From positions 1,088,001 through 1,152,000 of the forward strand of contig JBJMOW010000005.1 of NCBI GenBank assembly GCA_045803545.1: a stretch of DNA of 64,000 nt, given 5' to 3'. Shown here piece by piece: positions 7,770-16,362 of the stretch (its first letter is position 1; the number at the start of each line of letters is the position of its first letter). Position numbers and translations under genes: made by a program. This DNA is from Gemmatimonadaceae bacterium. Its GTDB lineage: Bacteria; Gemmatimonadota; Gemmatimonadetes; Gemmatimonadales; Gemmatimonadaceae. Under the pieces are notes generated by a model that saw only the letters and a list, made by a program, of their open reading frames with translations, searched no databases and was not told where the DNA came from.

Positions 7770-8726
7770 TTGCAAAAGCGACAGATTGGATCGCTCGAAG
7801 TATCGATCGTCGGTATCGGCTGCAATAATTTTGGTGGCCGTATCGACGAGGCGCGCACTCGCGAAGTCATCGACGCAGCGCTCGATGAGGGCGTCAACTT
7901 TTTCGACACCGCCGACATGTACGCCGAGGGTCGCAGCGAGGAGCTGATCGGCAAGTTCCTCGGGCCACGTCGTGGTGACGTGATCATCGCTACGAAATTC
8001 GGCAACGAAATGCCTGGTCAAGGCAGCGGCGCCCGACCGAAATACGTGAGGAAGGCGATCGAAGCGAGTCTGCGCCGCATGCGCACCGTCTACATCGATT
8101 TGTACCAGCAACACGTGCCGGATCCTGATGTTCCGATCGCCGAAACGCTCGGGGCGCTCGACGATCTGGTAAAGGCTGGAAAAGTGCGCGAGATCGGCTG
8201 CTCCAATTTTTCCGCGGAACACATTCGACAGGCTCAGGCGGCGTCGCGTCGCAAGCGAGGATCAGCGCGTTTCGTGAGCGTGCAGAACGAGTACAGTCTT
8301 TTGCATCGCGTGCCGGAAGAAGGCGTGCTCGACGAGTGCGAGCGCGAAGGACTCGCGTTCCTGCCCTTCTTCCCGCTCAAGAGTGGGCTTCTGACTGGGA
8401 AATATCGCCGGGGTCAGCCGATACCTGAGGGCACCCGCGTCGCCAAATACGAACGCTATCGGAAAATGTTGACCGCCGAAAACATCGAGAAAGTCGAGGC
8501 CCTAATCAATTACGCGCAGTCCAAGGGGCACACTATTCTCGATTTGGCGATCTCCTGGTTGCTGGCGCATCGACCGGTAGCGTCGGTGATCGCAGGCGTT
8601 AGCTCCGCCGAGCAAGTGCGCGCCAACGTGCGTGCCGCGGGCTGGGAGCTCACCTCGCAGAATCTCGAAGAAATTGACGCAGCTCTCGGTTTAGTAGGGA
8701 AAGGAGTAGCGCGAGTGTCTGCATAA
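7770..8726 (+). CDS. Aldo/keto reductase
   Basis: GIGCNNFG, FDTADMY, IATKFG, IDLYQQH, IGCSNF, QNEYSLL; TTG start with GGGAG RBS. Confidence 0.92.
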   Translation: MQKRQIGSLEVSIVGIGCNNFGGRIDEARTREVIDAALDEGVNFFDTADMYAEGRSEELIGKFLGPRRGDVIIATKFGNEMPGQGSGARPKYVRKAIEASLRRMRTVYIDLYQQHVPDPDVPIAETLGALDDLVKAGKVREIGCSNFSAEHIRQAQAASRRKRGSARFVSVQNEYSLLHRVPEEGVLDECEREGLAFLPFFPLKSGLLTGKYRRGQPIPEGTRVAKYERYRKMLTAENIEKVEALINYAQSKGHTILDLAISWLLAHRPVASVIAGVSSAEQVRANVRAAGWELTSQNLEEIDAALGLVGKGVARVSA

Positions 8727-8800
8727 CGTTCTCACCGCCCGGAGAGCGAGTACTAATCAAGACGGGCGGATTTCACGAAGCACGCACAAACGGAGAAACC

Positions 8801-9355
8801 ATGAAGAACAGATTCTTTGCTTTACTTGGAGCTGGAGCGCTGATTGCCGTCTCCTCCAGCGCACAGGCGCAGTACGGCAGCTACAACCCGTTCGAGATCG
8901 GCGCGTCGGGCGGTATCGCGTTCCCGACCGGCGATCTGGGAACCGGCACCAACACCGGCTACAACATCGCGCTGGTGGTCGGATATCGGCCGCACCTCAC
9001 GCCGTTCGCGATCCGTGGTGAGGCCGCCTACAACGCGTTTGGCTGTCAGAACACAGTCGGTTGCGACAACATCAACATCCCCGCGTTCACGGGCAACATC
9101 GAAGTCGGTCTGCCACTGGGAATGTCTTTCTCTCCCTACGTGATCGGTGGCGCGGGCCTCTATCGCCCGAGTGCGGATTTTGGCAACGCCGGATCGACCA
9201 GCGCCGAGAACAAGTTCGGCTGGAACATCGGCGGTGGCGTCAACATTCCGTTCAGTAGCAGCTTCAAGACGTTCATCGAAGCGCGATACCACAGCGTCAA
9301 CATGAATCCCGGAACGTTCAGCTTTGTACCGCTGACGTTTGGTGTCCTGTTCTAA
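8801..9355 (+). CDS. Small outer-membrane beta-barrel protein (OmpA/OmpW-like transmembrane domain)
   Basis: Signal peptide AQA-Q, alternating aromatic beta strands (PYVIGGAG, FGWNIGGG, FIEARYH), C-terminal Phe. Confidence 0.85.
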   Translation: MKNRFFALLGAGALIAVSSSAQAQYGSYNPFEIGASGGIAFPTGDLGTGTNTGYNIALVVGYRPHLTPFAIRGEAAYNAFGCQNTVGCDNINIPAFTGNIEVGLPLGMSFSPYVIGGAGLYRPSADFGNAGSTSAENKFGWNIGGGVNIPFSSSFKTFIEARYHSVNMNPGTFSFVPLTFGVLF

Positions 9356-9368
9356 CGCTTGCGCAAAC

Positions 9369-9403
9369 AAAAAGGCCAGCCGGTAGTCGGCTGGCCTTTT
9401 TTT
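9369..9403. terminator. Bidirectional intrinsic terminator
   Basis: AAAAAGGCCAGCCG-GTAGT-CGGCTGGCCTTTTTTT between convergent genes. Confidence 0.9.
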
Positions 9404-9417
9404 GTTCTGTTACTGAT

Positions 9418-10611
9418 TTACTGGACCGCGTTGATCATGTCGAAGATCGGCAGATACATCGCCACCACCATGCCGCCGACCACCACGCCGAGGAAGACGA
9501 TCATGATCGGCTCGAGGAGGGACAGCAGGTTGCTGACGGCTGCGTCGACTTCTTCATCGTAGAAGTCGGCGATCTTGGAAAGCATTTCGTCCAGACCACC
9601 GGTTTGCTCACCGACTGCGATCATCGAGATAACCATCGGCGGGAACACTTTCGACTTTTGCAGAGGTTGCGCGATCGTATCACCGCCGGCAATCGACGCT
9701 CTTGAGTCCATAATCGCGTCCTGAATGACGCGGTTGCCGGCCGTCTTCGCTGTGATTTCGAGGCCCTCGAGAATGCTGACACCGGAGCTGATCAACGTAC
9801 CGAGCGTACGGGTAAAGCGTGACACCGCCGACTTGCGGAGCACGTCACCGAGGACCGGCATCTTCAGCATCAAACGGTCGATAGCCAGCTTACCGTTGGA
9901 GGTCGCGTAGTACTTCTTCAAGAAGTAGCCGGCGGCCGCGCCGATGGCGAGCACCATCCACCAGTAGCTCTTGAGAAAGCGCGAGGCGCCGATGACGATA
10001 CGTGTCGGCAGAGGCAGCGCGAGTCCCACTGAAGCAAACATGCCTTCGAATACCGGGATGACGAAAATCAGCAGCACCACGATTGCAATTGCCGCGACGC
10101 TCATGATGACTGTAGGATAGATCATCGCGCCCTTCACCTTTCTCACCAGGGCGTCGTTCTTTTCAAGGAACGTCGCCAGACGCATCAGAATGGTGTCGAG
10201 AATACCACCGGCTTCACCGGCGGCGACCATGTTCACGTACAAGTTGGTGAACGCGCGTGGGTGTTTTGAAAGGGCGTCGGCGACTGTATTACCGGACTCG
10301 ACGTCGAATACCACTTTCTTGGTGACTTCAGCCAGCGCTTTGTTGTCGGTTTGCTCGGCGAGAATCGTGAGGGCTTGCACCAGCGGCAAGCCCGAGTTGA
10401 TCATCGTCGAGAACTGACGGGTGAAGATGACGACGTCGCGGGTCTTGATCGAGCCGCGGCCGATCTTCGCGGATCCGCCCTGATCGATTTTGACTACGCT
10501 GAGGCGCTGCTTACGGAGTTGTGCAATAACGTCATCGCGAGAGGCAGCGTCGATCGTCGCAGTGCGAAGATCGCCATTGAATGCTCTCGCGGTATAAGTG
10601 AACGAAGCCAT
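9418..10611 (-). CDS. pilC: Type IV pilus inner-membrane platform protein (GspF family)
   Basis: FTRQFSTMINSGLPL, AGEAGGILD, GEQTGGLDEML, EPIMIV, MYLPIF. Confidence 0.95.
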   Translation of the reverse strand: MASFTYTARAFNGDLRTATIDAASRDDVIAQLRKQRLSVVKIDQGGSAKIGRGSIKTRDVVIFTRQFSTMINSGLPLVQALTILAEQTDNKALAEVTKKVVFDVESGNTVADALSKHPRAFTNLYVNMVAAGEAGGILDTILMRLATFLEKNDALVRKVKGAMIYPTVIMSVAAIAIVVLLIFVIPVFEGMFASVGLALPLPTRIVIGASRFLKSYWWMVLAIGAAAGYFLKKYYATSNGKLAIDRLMLKMPVLGDVLRKSAVSRFTRTLGTLISSGVSILEGLEITAKTAGNRVIQDAIMDSRASIAGGDTIAQPLQKSKVFPPMVISMIAVGEQTGGLDEMLSKIADFYDEEVDAAVSNLLSLLEPIMIVFLGVVVGGMVVAMYLPIFDMINAVQ

Positions 10612-10625
10612 TAACTAACCCTCTT

Positions 10626-11831
10626 TTAACGTCTGGCCGGCGAACCGGCTCCTGGCCGGGCAGTCGCCGGTTTGGCGCCTCCAGGCTTACCACTTCCATC
10701 ATCATCCGTCGGCAGCTGTCCGATCATGCGCTGGAACTCGGTCGGATCACCGCTCACGCGCAGGCACTCCTCAGCCGTAACTTCCCGCGCCATGTACAGT
10801 TGATAAAGCGCATCGTTGAGCGTCTGCATGCCAAATTTCTTACCCGCCTGCATCGACGAGTAGATCTGGTGAACTTTGTCGTCGCGAATGAGGGCGCGAA
10901 TGGCCGGGGTGACTACGAGAATCTCAGCTGCCATGACACGACCGCGGCCGCTCGCCTTAGGTAACAGTGTCTGAGTGACGATTCCCTCGAGCACGAAAGC
11001 CAGCTGGGCTCTGACCTGCGACTGCTGGTGGGACGGGAACACGTCGATGATACGGTTGATCGCTTCTGCCGCGGAGTTGGTGTGCAAGGTGGCGAATGCG
11101 AGGTGACCTGTTTCGGCGATAGTCAGCGTCGCTGCGATCGTCTCCAGGTCGCGCATTTCACCTACCAGAATAATGTCGGGGTCTTCACGCAGCGCGTATT
11201 TCAGAGCGTTGGCGAACGACTTGGTGTCGCTGCCGATTTCGCGCTGGTTGATGATGCAGCTCTGGTGCTTGTGAATGAATTCGATCGGGTCTTCGACGGT
11301 GATGATATGGCCTTTGCGCTCGCGGTTGATCTTGTCGATCATCGCGGCGAGTGTCGTCGACTTACCAGAACCCGTCGGGCCGGTGACTAGCACCAGGCCG
11401 CGCGGCTTCTCCGCCATTTTGGCGATCGAGCCGGGCAGGCCGAGCTGATCGAAGGTCTTGATCGCAAACGGAATCTGACGAACTACCATCGAGACGCAGC
11501 CGCGCTGCTTGAAGACGTTGCCACGGAATCGCGCGAGGTTCTGAATACCGAACGAGAAGTCCAGCTCGTCCTCGAGCTCAAAACGCTTCTTTTGCTGTTC
11601 GGTGAGAACTGAATAGGCGAGCTGGAGGGTGTCTTTCGGGTTGAGCTCGTACTCGGCAGTCGCATTGGTGATGTCACCATCGACGCGCAGCTTTGGCTTT
11701 TCGCCGGCGACGATGTGAAGATCAGATGCGTTGCGCGAGACCATCTCCTCGAGAAGCGCGCGAAGGTTGATTCCCGCCGCCGGCTTCGGCGGTCCGGACG
11801 GGGACGAGGTATCAATGAACGGTAAAGTCAT
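10626..11831 (-). CDS. pilT: Type IV pilus retraction ATPase
   Basis: GPTGSGKSTT, EDPIEF, LREDPD, AETGHL, TLHTN, AIRALIRD motif. Confidence 0.95.
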   Translation of the reverse strand: MTLPFIDTSSPSGPPKPAAGINLRALLEEMVSRNASDLHIVAGEKPKLRVDGDITNATAEYELNPKDTLQLAYSVLTEQQKKRFELEDELDFSFGIQNLARFRGNVFKQRGCVSMVVRQIPFAIKTFDQLGLPGSIAKMAEKPRGLVLVTGPTGSGKSTTLAAMIDKINRERKGHIITVEDPIEFIHKHQSCIINQREIGSDTKSFANALKYALREDPDIILVGEMRDLETIAATLTIAETGHLAFATLHTNSAAEAINRIIDVFPSHQQSQVRAQLAFVLEGIVTQTLLPKASGRGRVMAAEILVVTPAIRALIRDDKVHQIYSSMQAGKKFGMQTLNDALYQLYMAREVTAEECLRVSGDPTEFQRMIGQLPTDDDGSGKPGGAKPATARPGAGSPARR

Positions 11832-11834
11832 CGT

Positions 11835-13679
11835 TTAATGGTGATGCGTGGTGTGTGAATCAGCCGCTGTCTCGCGGACGACTTGCTCAAGAGTGGTAAT
11901 TCCTTTGAGGACCTTCAGCCAACCGTCCATGCGGAGCGTTAGCATCCCTTCCTCAATGGCTGCCTTCTGAATCTCAGCCGCGCCGGCGCTCTGCATGATC
12001 AGCTTTCTGACGCGCGGCGTCAGATTAAGGACTTCGTATAGTCCCTGACGGCCACGAAGTCCGCTTCCCTCGCACTGCTCGCAGCCTTTGCCGCGGAAGA
12101 TCGGAATGTCTTCCATCTTGGTGTCGAGGGTAAGGCGTTCCATGTACGGCTTGGCAGCGTCGCTGGCGCGTACCTTCGCGTCGTTGAGCGCCATGTCCGT
12201 GAACTTCATGTCGCGGAGTGTGACGCCGCCACCCACTTTCGCTGCTGAGGCTTCGGCCTCATCCATCTTGTAGGCTTCGCCGCAATTCTTACAAACGCGA
12301 CGCACCAGACGTTGAGCGAGCACCAGATTGAGTGCCGATGCAACGTTGAAGGGCTCGAGACCCATGTCGATCAAACGGGTCACCGTTTCCGGCGCCGAGT
12401 TGGTGTGCAACGTCGAGAGCACGAGGTGACCGGTGAGTGCGGCCTTGATGGCGATACCACCGGTTTCGAGGTCTCGAATTTCTCCCAACATGATGATGTT
12501 GGGGTCCTGACGAAGGAATGCTTTCAGCGCGGCCGCGAAGGTCATTCCGATCTCGGTTCTCACCAGCACCTGGTTGATGCCGAAGAGGTTGTATTCGACC
12601 GGGTCCTCGGCCGTCATGATGTTGACGTCGATGTTGTTGATCTTTGACAGCGCTGAGTAAAGCGTGGTCGTTTTACCAGAACCGGTCGGACCGGTGACGA
12701 GCACCATTCCATAAGGGTTCGAGATCGCTTCCATTAGCTCCCGCTCTGCGCGCGGCTCGATGCCGAAGGTGCTCAGATCAAGCGACAGGTTGCCCTTGTC
12801 GAGAATACGGAGCACGACTTTTTCGCCGAACAGCGTCGGCAGCGTCGAGACACGGAAGTCGATGACCTTGCTGCCGATCTTCAGCTTGATACGGCCGTCC
12901 TGCGGAACTCGACGCTCGGCGATGTTCAGGTTCGCCATGATCTTGAAGCGTGAGATTAGCGCGGGACGCATCTTGATCGGCGGCTTCATGATCTCCTGGA
13001 GCGCACCGTCGATGCGGTAGCGGACGCGGAGCTCCTTCTCGAAGCACTCGAAATGAATATCCGACGCGCCCTTTCTTAGCGCGTCGGTCATGATTGCGTT
13101 GATAAGCTTGACGACGGGCGCTTCGTCGATGAGGGCGCCACCGGCGTTGTCGGCTGCCGATTCGTTCTCACTCTCGAGAATCTCGATATCGTCGTCGTCA
13201 TCGATCTCGGCGAGGAGGTTCTCCATCTGGGCTTCGCCCGATGAGTAGAACTTCTCGATCGCGTTGCGGAGCGTGAACTCGCCGGCAATTACCGGGAAGA
13301 TGTCGAGACGGGTGATGAACTTGATGTCGTCGAGCACCGACATCGTCGCCGGATCCGACATGGCGACGGTGAGAGTGCGACCGTCGCGCTTGAGCGGGAG
13401 AACGTTGTGCTTGAGCGCCAGCTCACCGGGAATGAGCTTCGCAATGCGTCCATCGACCTGGAACTTGGTGAGGTCGACAGCGGGCATTTTGTGCTGACGA
13501 GCAAGCATTCTGGTGAGGTCGGTTTCCTTTACGAAACCGAGCTTGACCAGGTTATAGCCGACTCTAGTGCCGTTGTGTCTCTGTTCCTGGAGAGCCTTAT
13601 TGAGCTGATCCTGAGTGATCAGCCCTTCTCTCAGCAGCAGATCGCCGATCCTCGGCGTTTTCGCGGCAGGTGCTGTCAA
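11835..13679 (-). CDS. pilB: Type IV pilus extension ATPase with N-terminal MshEN domain
   Basis: RIGDLLLREGLITQDQLNKALQEQ; RRVPQDGR; GPTGSGKTTT; LRQDP; Zn-binding CKNC/CEQC. Confidence 0.93.
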   Translation of the reverse strand: MTAPAAKTPRIGDLLLREGLITQDQLNKALQEQRHNGTRVGYNLVKLGFVKETDLTRMLARQHKMPAVDLTKFQVDGRIAKLIPGELALKHNVLPLKRDGRTLTVAMSDPATMSVLDDIKFITRLDIFPVIAGEFTLRNAIEKFYSSGEAQMENLLAEIDDDDDIEILESENESAADNAGGALIDEAPVVKLINAIMTDALRKGASDIHFECFEKELRVRYRIDGALQEIMKPPIKMRPALISRFKIMANLNIAERRVPQDGRIKLKIGSKVIDFRVSTLPTLFGEKVVLRILDKGNLSLDLSTFGIEPRAERELMEAISNPYGMVLVTGPTGSGKTTTLYSALSKINNIDVNIMTAEDPVEYNLFGINQVLVRTEIGMTFAAALKAFLRQDPNIIMLGEIRDLETGGIAIKAALTGHLVLSTLHTNSAPETVTRLIDMGLEPFNVASALNLVLAQRLVRRVCKNCGEAYKMDEAEASAAKVGGGVTLRDMKFTDMALNDAKVRASDAAKPYMERLTLDTKMEDIPIFRGKGCEQCEGSGLRGRQGLYEVLNLTPRVRKLIMQSAGAAEIQKAAIEEGMLTLRMDGWLKVLKGITTLEQVVRETAADSHTTHHH

Positions 13680-14182
13680 GGACGCGGGTCCCTCCGGTGC
13701 GGCTTCCTGCGTGCTTTCAGCACTTCGGATGGCCTGGGTATGACTGTGTTGGTAGGACGCGGGACCAATGAGAAGGTTACGGCAGAGTCCAGTTTTTCTA
13801 CCATAGAGGGTCCGACACCTTTCACCCTCCGCAAACCTTCGAGAGATCCGAACGGGCCGAACGAATCTCGGTCCGCTACAATGCGCTTGGCGAGCGCTGG
13901 ACCGACGTTCCGGAGCGCGACAATCTCCTCGACCGTTGCGATGTCGAGATCGACCCGCCCTTTTGGCGCAGGTGGGCGCTTCTTCGCTTTATCTCGCTTC
14001 GACTTACGCAGGCCGGATTTGCGCGCCGAATCGGCAGCTTTGATCTGGGATTCGAGCGCTGATCGCGCCTTTGCATCGACTGGACTAGAGCCGTGAAGCG
14101 CACGAATCGCCCTGCCTGAAGCGCCTAAAACAAGGACGATCGAGAAGAAAAGAAGTGCCTTTCGCTCGGCGGGTGTCGGCAT
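13676..14182 (-). CDS. comEA: ComEA-family helix-hairpin-helix DNA-binding protein
   Basis: N-terminal TM segment; DLDIATVEEIVALRNVGPALAKRIV...GPFGSLEGLRRVKGVG. Confidence 0.85.
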   Translation of the reverse strand: MPTPAERKALLFFSIVLVLGASGRAIRALHGSSPVDAKARSALESQIKAADSARKSGLRKSKRDKAKKRPPAPKGRVDLDIATVEEIVALRNVGPALAKRIVADRDSFGPFGSLEGLRRVKGVGPSMVEKLDSAVTFSLVPRPTNTVIPRPSEVLKARRKPHRRDPRP

Positions 14183-14210
14183 GATCCGACCCTAGCCGTG
14201 CAAGCACTTT

Positions 14211-15404
14211 TTACGTCACCGGAGCAGCGCGGCTGGGTGCGTATTGTTCCATCGAAGTCGTGAGGAGGAGCGTCGAAAGAACCAGCACTCCGGCGACCAC
14301 AAATGGGAAGCCAAGCCCGAGGTGGTCCATCGCGATTCCGGCGGCGAGCGGGAACACCACGCGCGACACTCCGCCGAAGGTGTGCTGGACACCCATATAG
14401 AGGCCGCGGTGCTTTTTGGGAACGACTCGCGACAACATCGCCGTCACGCATGGGAATATGAACGCAGTGCCGAGTGGCATTAGCGTCAACGCGATGGCCA
14501 GAGTGAGATAAGAATGTACCGCAGCCACCATTGCGAGCCCGCCCGATAGTAGTACGAGCCCGAGGCGTGTGAGCCGCACCTCGCCAAGCCATTCGATCAT
14601 GCGGCCAAGAATTCCGGCACGAACGATCACGCCCATGCCGCCCAGGTACATAACGAAGAAGCCGACGTTCGCCTCAGTGATCGGTAGACGGTCGGCGAGA
14701 ATCAGCGGAAGGGTCGGAGCGGTGCCATAGAACGCGCCAATACCGACCGTGTAAATCCAAATCAGACGTTGCGCCGGCTCTTTTGGTCGCGCGATTACGC
14801 TCCAGACAGCGCTGGAGCTTGTCTGGTGTGGGACTTGGAGCTCGCCGGTCGTCAATGCGTCTTCGTTCGATTCGCGGAGGTAGATACCGGCGAAAACGCT
14901 TATCAGCACGCAGAAAATCGCCGACGCGATTCCTGGAGCATGCCTTCCCCAGTGAATCAGCACCGACCCTATTGCGGGTCCGACGACAGCGCCAAGACTG
15001 GTTGCCGCCGACAACCAGCCGAGACTCTTCGCGCGGTCGTTTGGATCGCTGGCATCGGCGACATAAGCCTGAACGACTCCGATCGTCCCGCCTCCGAACC
15101 CTTGTACGACGCGGGAGATCAAGAGCAGCCAGAGTGTGCTCGAGTACGCGAATATGACGTAAGCGATCGCGGAGATGAGCAGGCCCGCGAGCAGCGCGGG
15201 CCGACGGCCGTAGCGATCTGAAAATCGTCCCCAAACCGGAGCACTGGCGAGCTGCGCGATCGAGAACGCGGCGATCAGAACGCCGACGATCGTCGCCGAT
15301 GCGCCCATTTTCGTGGCGTAGAAGGGAAGCAGCGGGATGATCATCGCCAGGCCCAGCATGTCAACGAAGGCGGTGATCATGAGGACCGTCAGCTTCCCTT
15401 TCAT
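14211..15404 (-). CDS. MFS transporter (TetA/DHA1-like)
   Basis: Motif A GRFSDRYGRRP, about 12 TM segments, DMLGLAMIIPLLP. Confidence 0.9.
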   Translation of the reverse strand: MKGKLTVLMITAFVDMLGLAMIIPLLPFYATKMGASATIVGVLIAAFSIAQLASAPVWGRFSDRYGRRPALLAGLLISAIAYVIFAYSSTLWLLLISRVVQGFGGGTIGVVQAYVADASDPNDRAKSLGWLSAATSLGAVVGPAIGSVLIHWGRHAPGIASAIFCVLISVFAGIYLRESNEDALTTGELQVPHQTSSSAVWSVIARPKEPAQRLIWIYTVGIGAFYGTAPTLPLILADRLPITEANVGFFVMYLGGMGVIVRAGILGRMIEWLGEVRLTRLGLVLLSGGLAMVAAVHSYLTLAIALTLMPLGTAFIFPCVTAMLSRVVPKKHRGLYMGVQHTFGGVSRVVFPLAAGIAMDHLGLGFPFVVAGVLVLSTLLLTTSMEQYAPSRAAPVT

Positions 15405-15405
15405 T

Positions 15406-16362
15406 TTATTTCCGCGTCACCAGCGCCGTCGCAACATCTCCAACAATCGCAAGCGACCGGGCTGAGATCTTGTCCATCGTGTCCTGCGGCGTGTGGTGCG
15501 GGGGATAAGTGAGATCGATGACGTCGATCACACGCAATCCGGCGTTGAGCAACGGGATGTGATCGTCGGTCACCAGTTGCCCGCCCTCCTGCACGAAGAT
15601 GTTGCCGTACCCAAGATCGGCGGCAGTTTGCCAAACGCGCGAAACGACTTCGGGCACCTGCTGGAAGGAGTTCATCTCGTAAGGAATTCGGAGATCCTTG
15701 TCGCCGATCATGTCCCAGAGCACCCCATATAACGGTTTGTATCCGGGGGAAGGCAAATGGTTGGCGAAGTAGTTTGATCCGATGAGAACATCCACTTCTG
15801 GCGGCCCGAAGTCGCCATAATCCTCGCCGTCAGTAAACAGCAGATCGACTCCGACGTTGGGCTTTGTCTTTTTGAGAACGTCGCCGATGGCGACAAACAT
15901 CCCGACACCGGAAGCGCCATCATTGGCCCCTGGCACGGGCATCTTCCGCTCTGCTTCCGTCGCCGCCGACTCTGAAATCGGCCGCGAATCCCAGTGGGTG
16001 AGATACAGTACCCGCTCAGTGAGCTCGGGCCGGAACCGCGCAAGGATGTTTCGGAGCGGCAGAATCTTCCCGTCTTTGGTTTTGTAGTTGAACGCCTGCA
16101 CAACTACGGTGTCGGCGCGCGTGCGCATCTGGCTGATGATCCAGTCACCAGCCTTCTTCGCGGCCGGACTGCCCGGCACGCGTGGCCCGAAATTGACCTG
16201 CGCCTTTGCGTAGTTGTACGCGGCGCTGCCACTGAATCCAGTCGTCGTCGAGCCACCTGACGTTGAATCTCCGCTCGACGCAGTCGCTGCGCTTCCCTCC
16301 TTCACATCGCGCTTGCAGCTGATGATGAAACAGAACGACAAAATAAACAGCATCAATCTCAC
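15406..16362 (-). CDS. M28-family zinc lipoprotein, probable glutaminyl cyclase
   Basis: Lipobox IISC; HWDSRP, GANDGASG, DGEDYG, DMIGD, DDHIP, HHTPQD; GTGA overlap with sprA stop. Confidence 0.8.
   Translation of the reverse strand: MRLMLFILSFCFIISCKRDVKEGSAATASSGDSTSGGSTTTGFSGSAAYNYAKAQVNFGPRVPGSPAAKKAGDWIISQMRTRADTVVVQAFNYKTKDGKILPLRNILARFRPELTERVLYLTHWDSRPISESAATEAERKMPVPGANDGASGVGMFVAIGDVLKKTKPNVGVDLLFTDGEDYGDFGPPEVDVLIGSNYFANHLPSPGYKPLYGVLWDMIGDKDLRIPYEMNSFQQVPEVVSRVWQTAADLGYGNIFVQEGGQLVTDDHIPLLNAGLRVIDVIDLTYPPHHTPQDTMDKISARSLAIVGDVATALVTRK

Noticed and set aside
14211..15404. Acquired tetracycline resistance gene
   Set aside because: A generic DHA1-type MFS embedded in a core operon, with no tetR or mobile context
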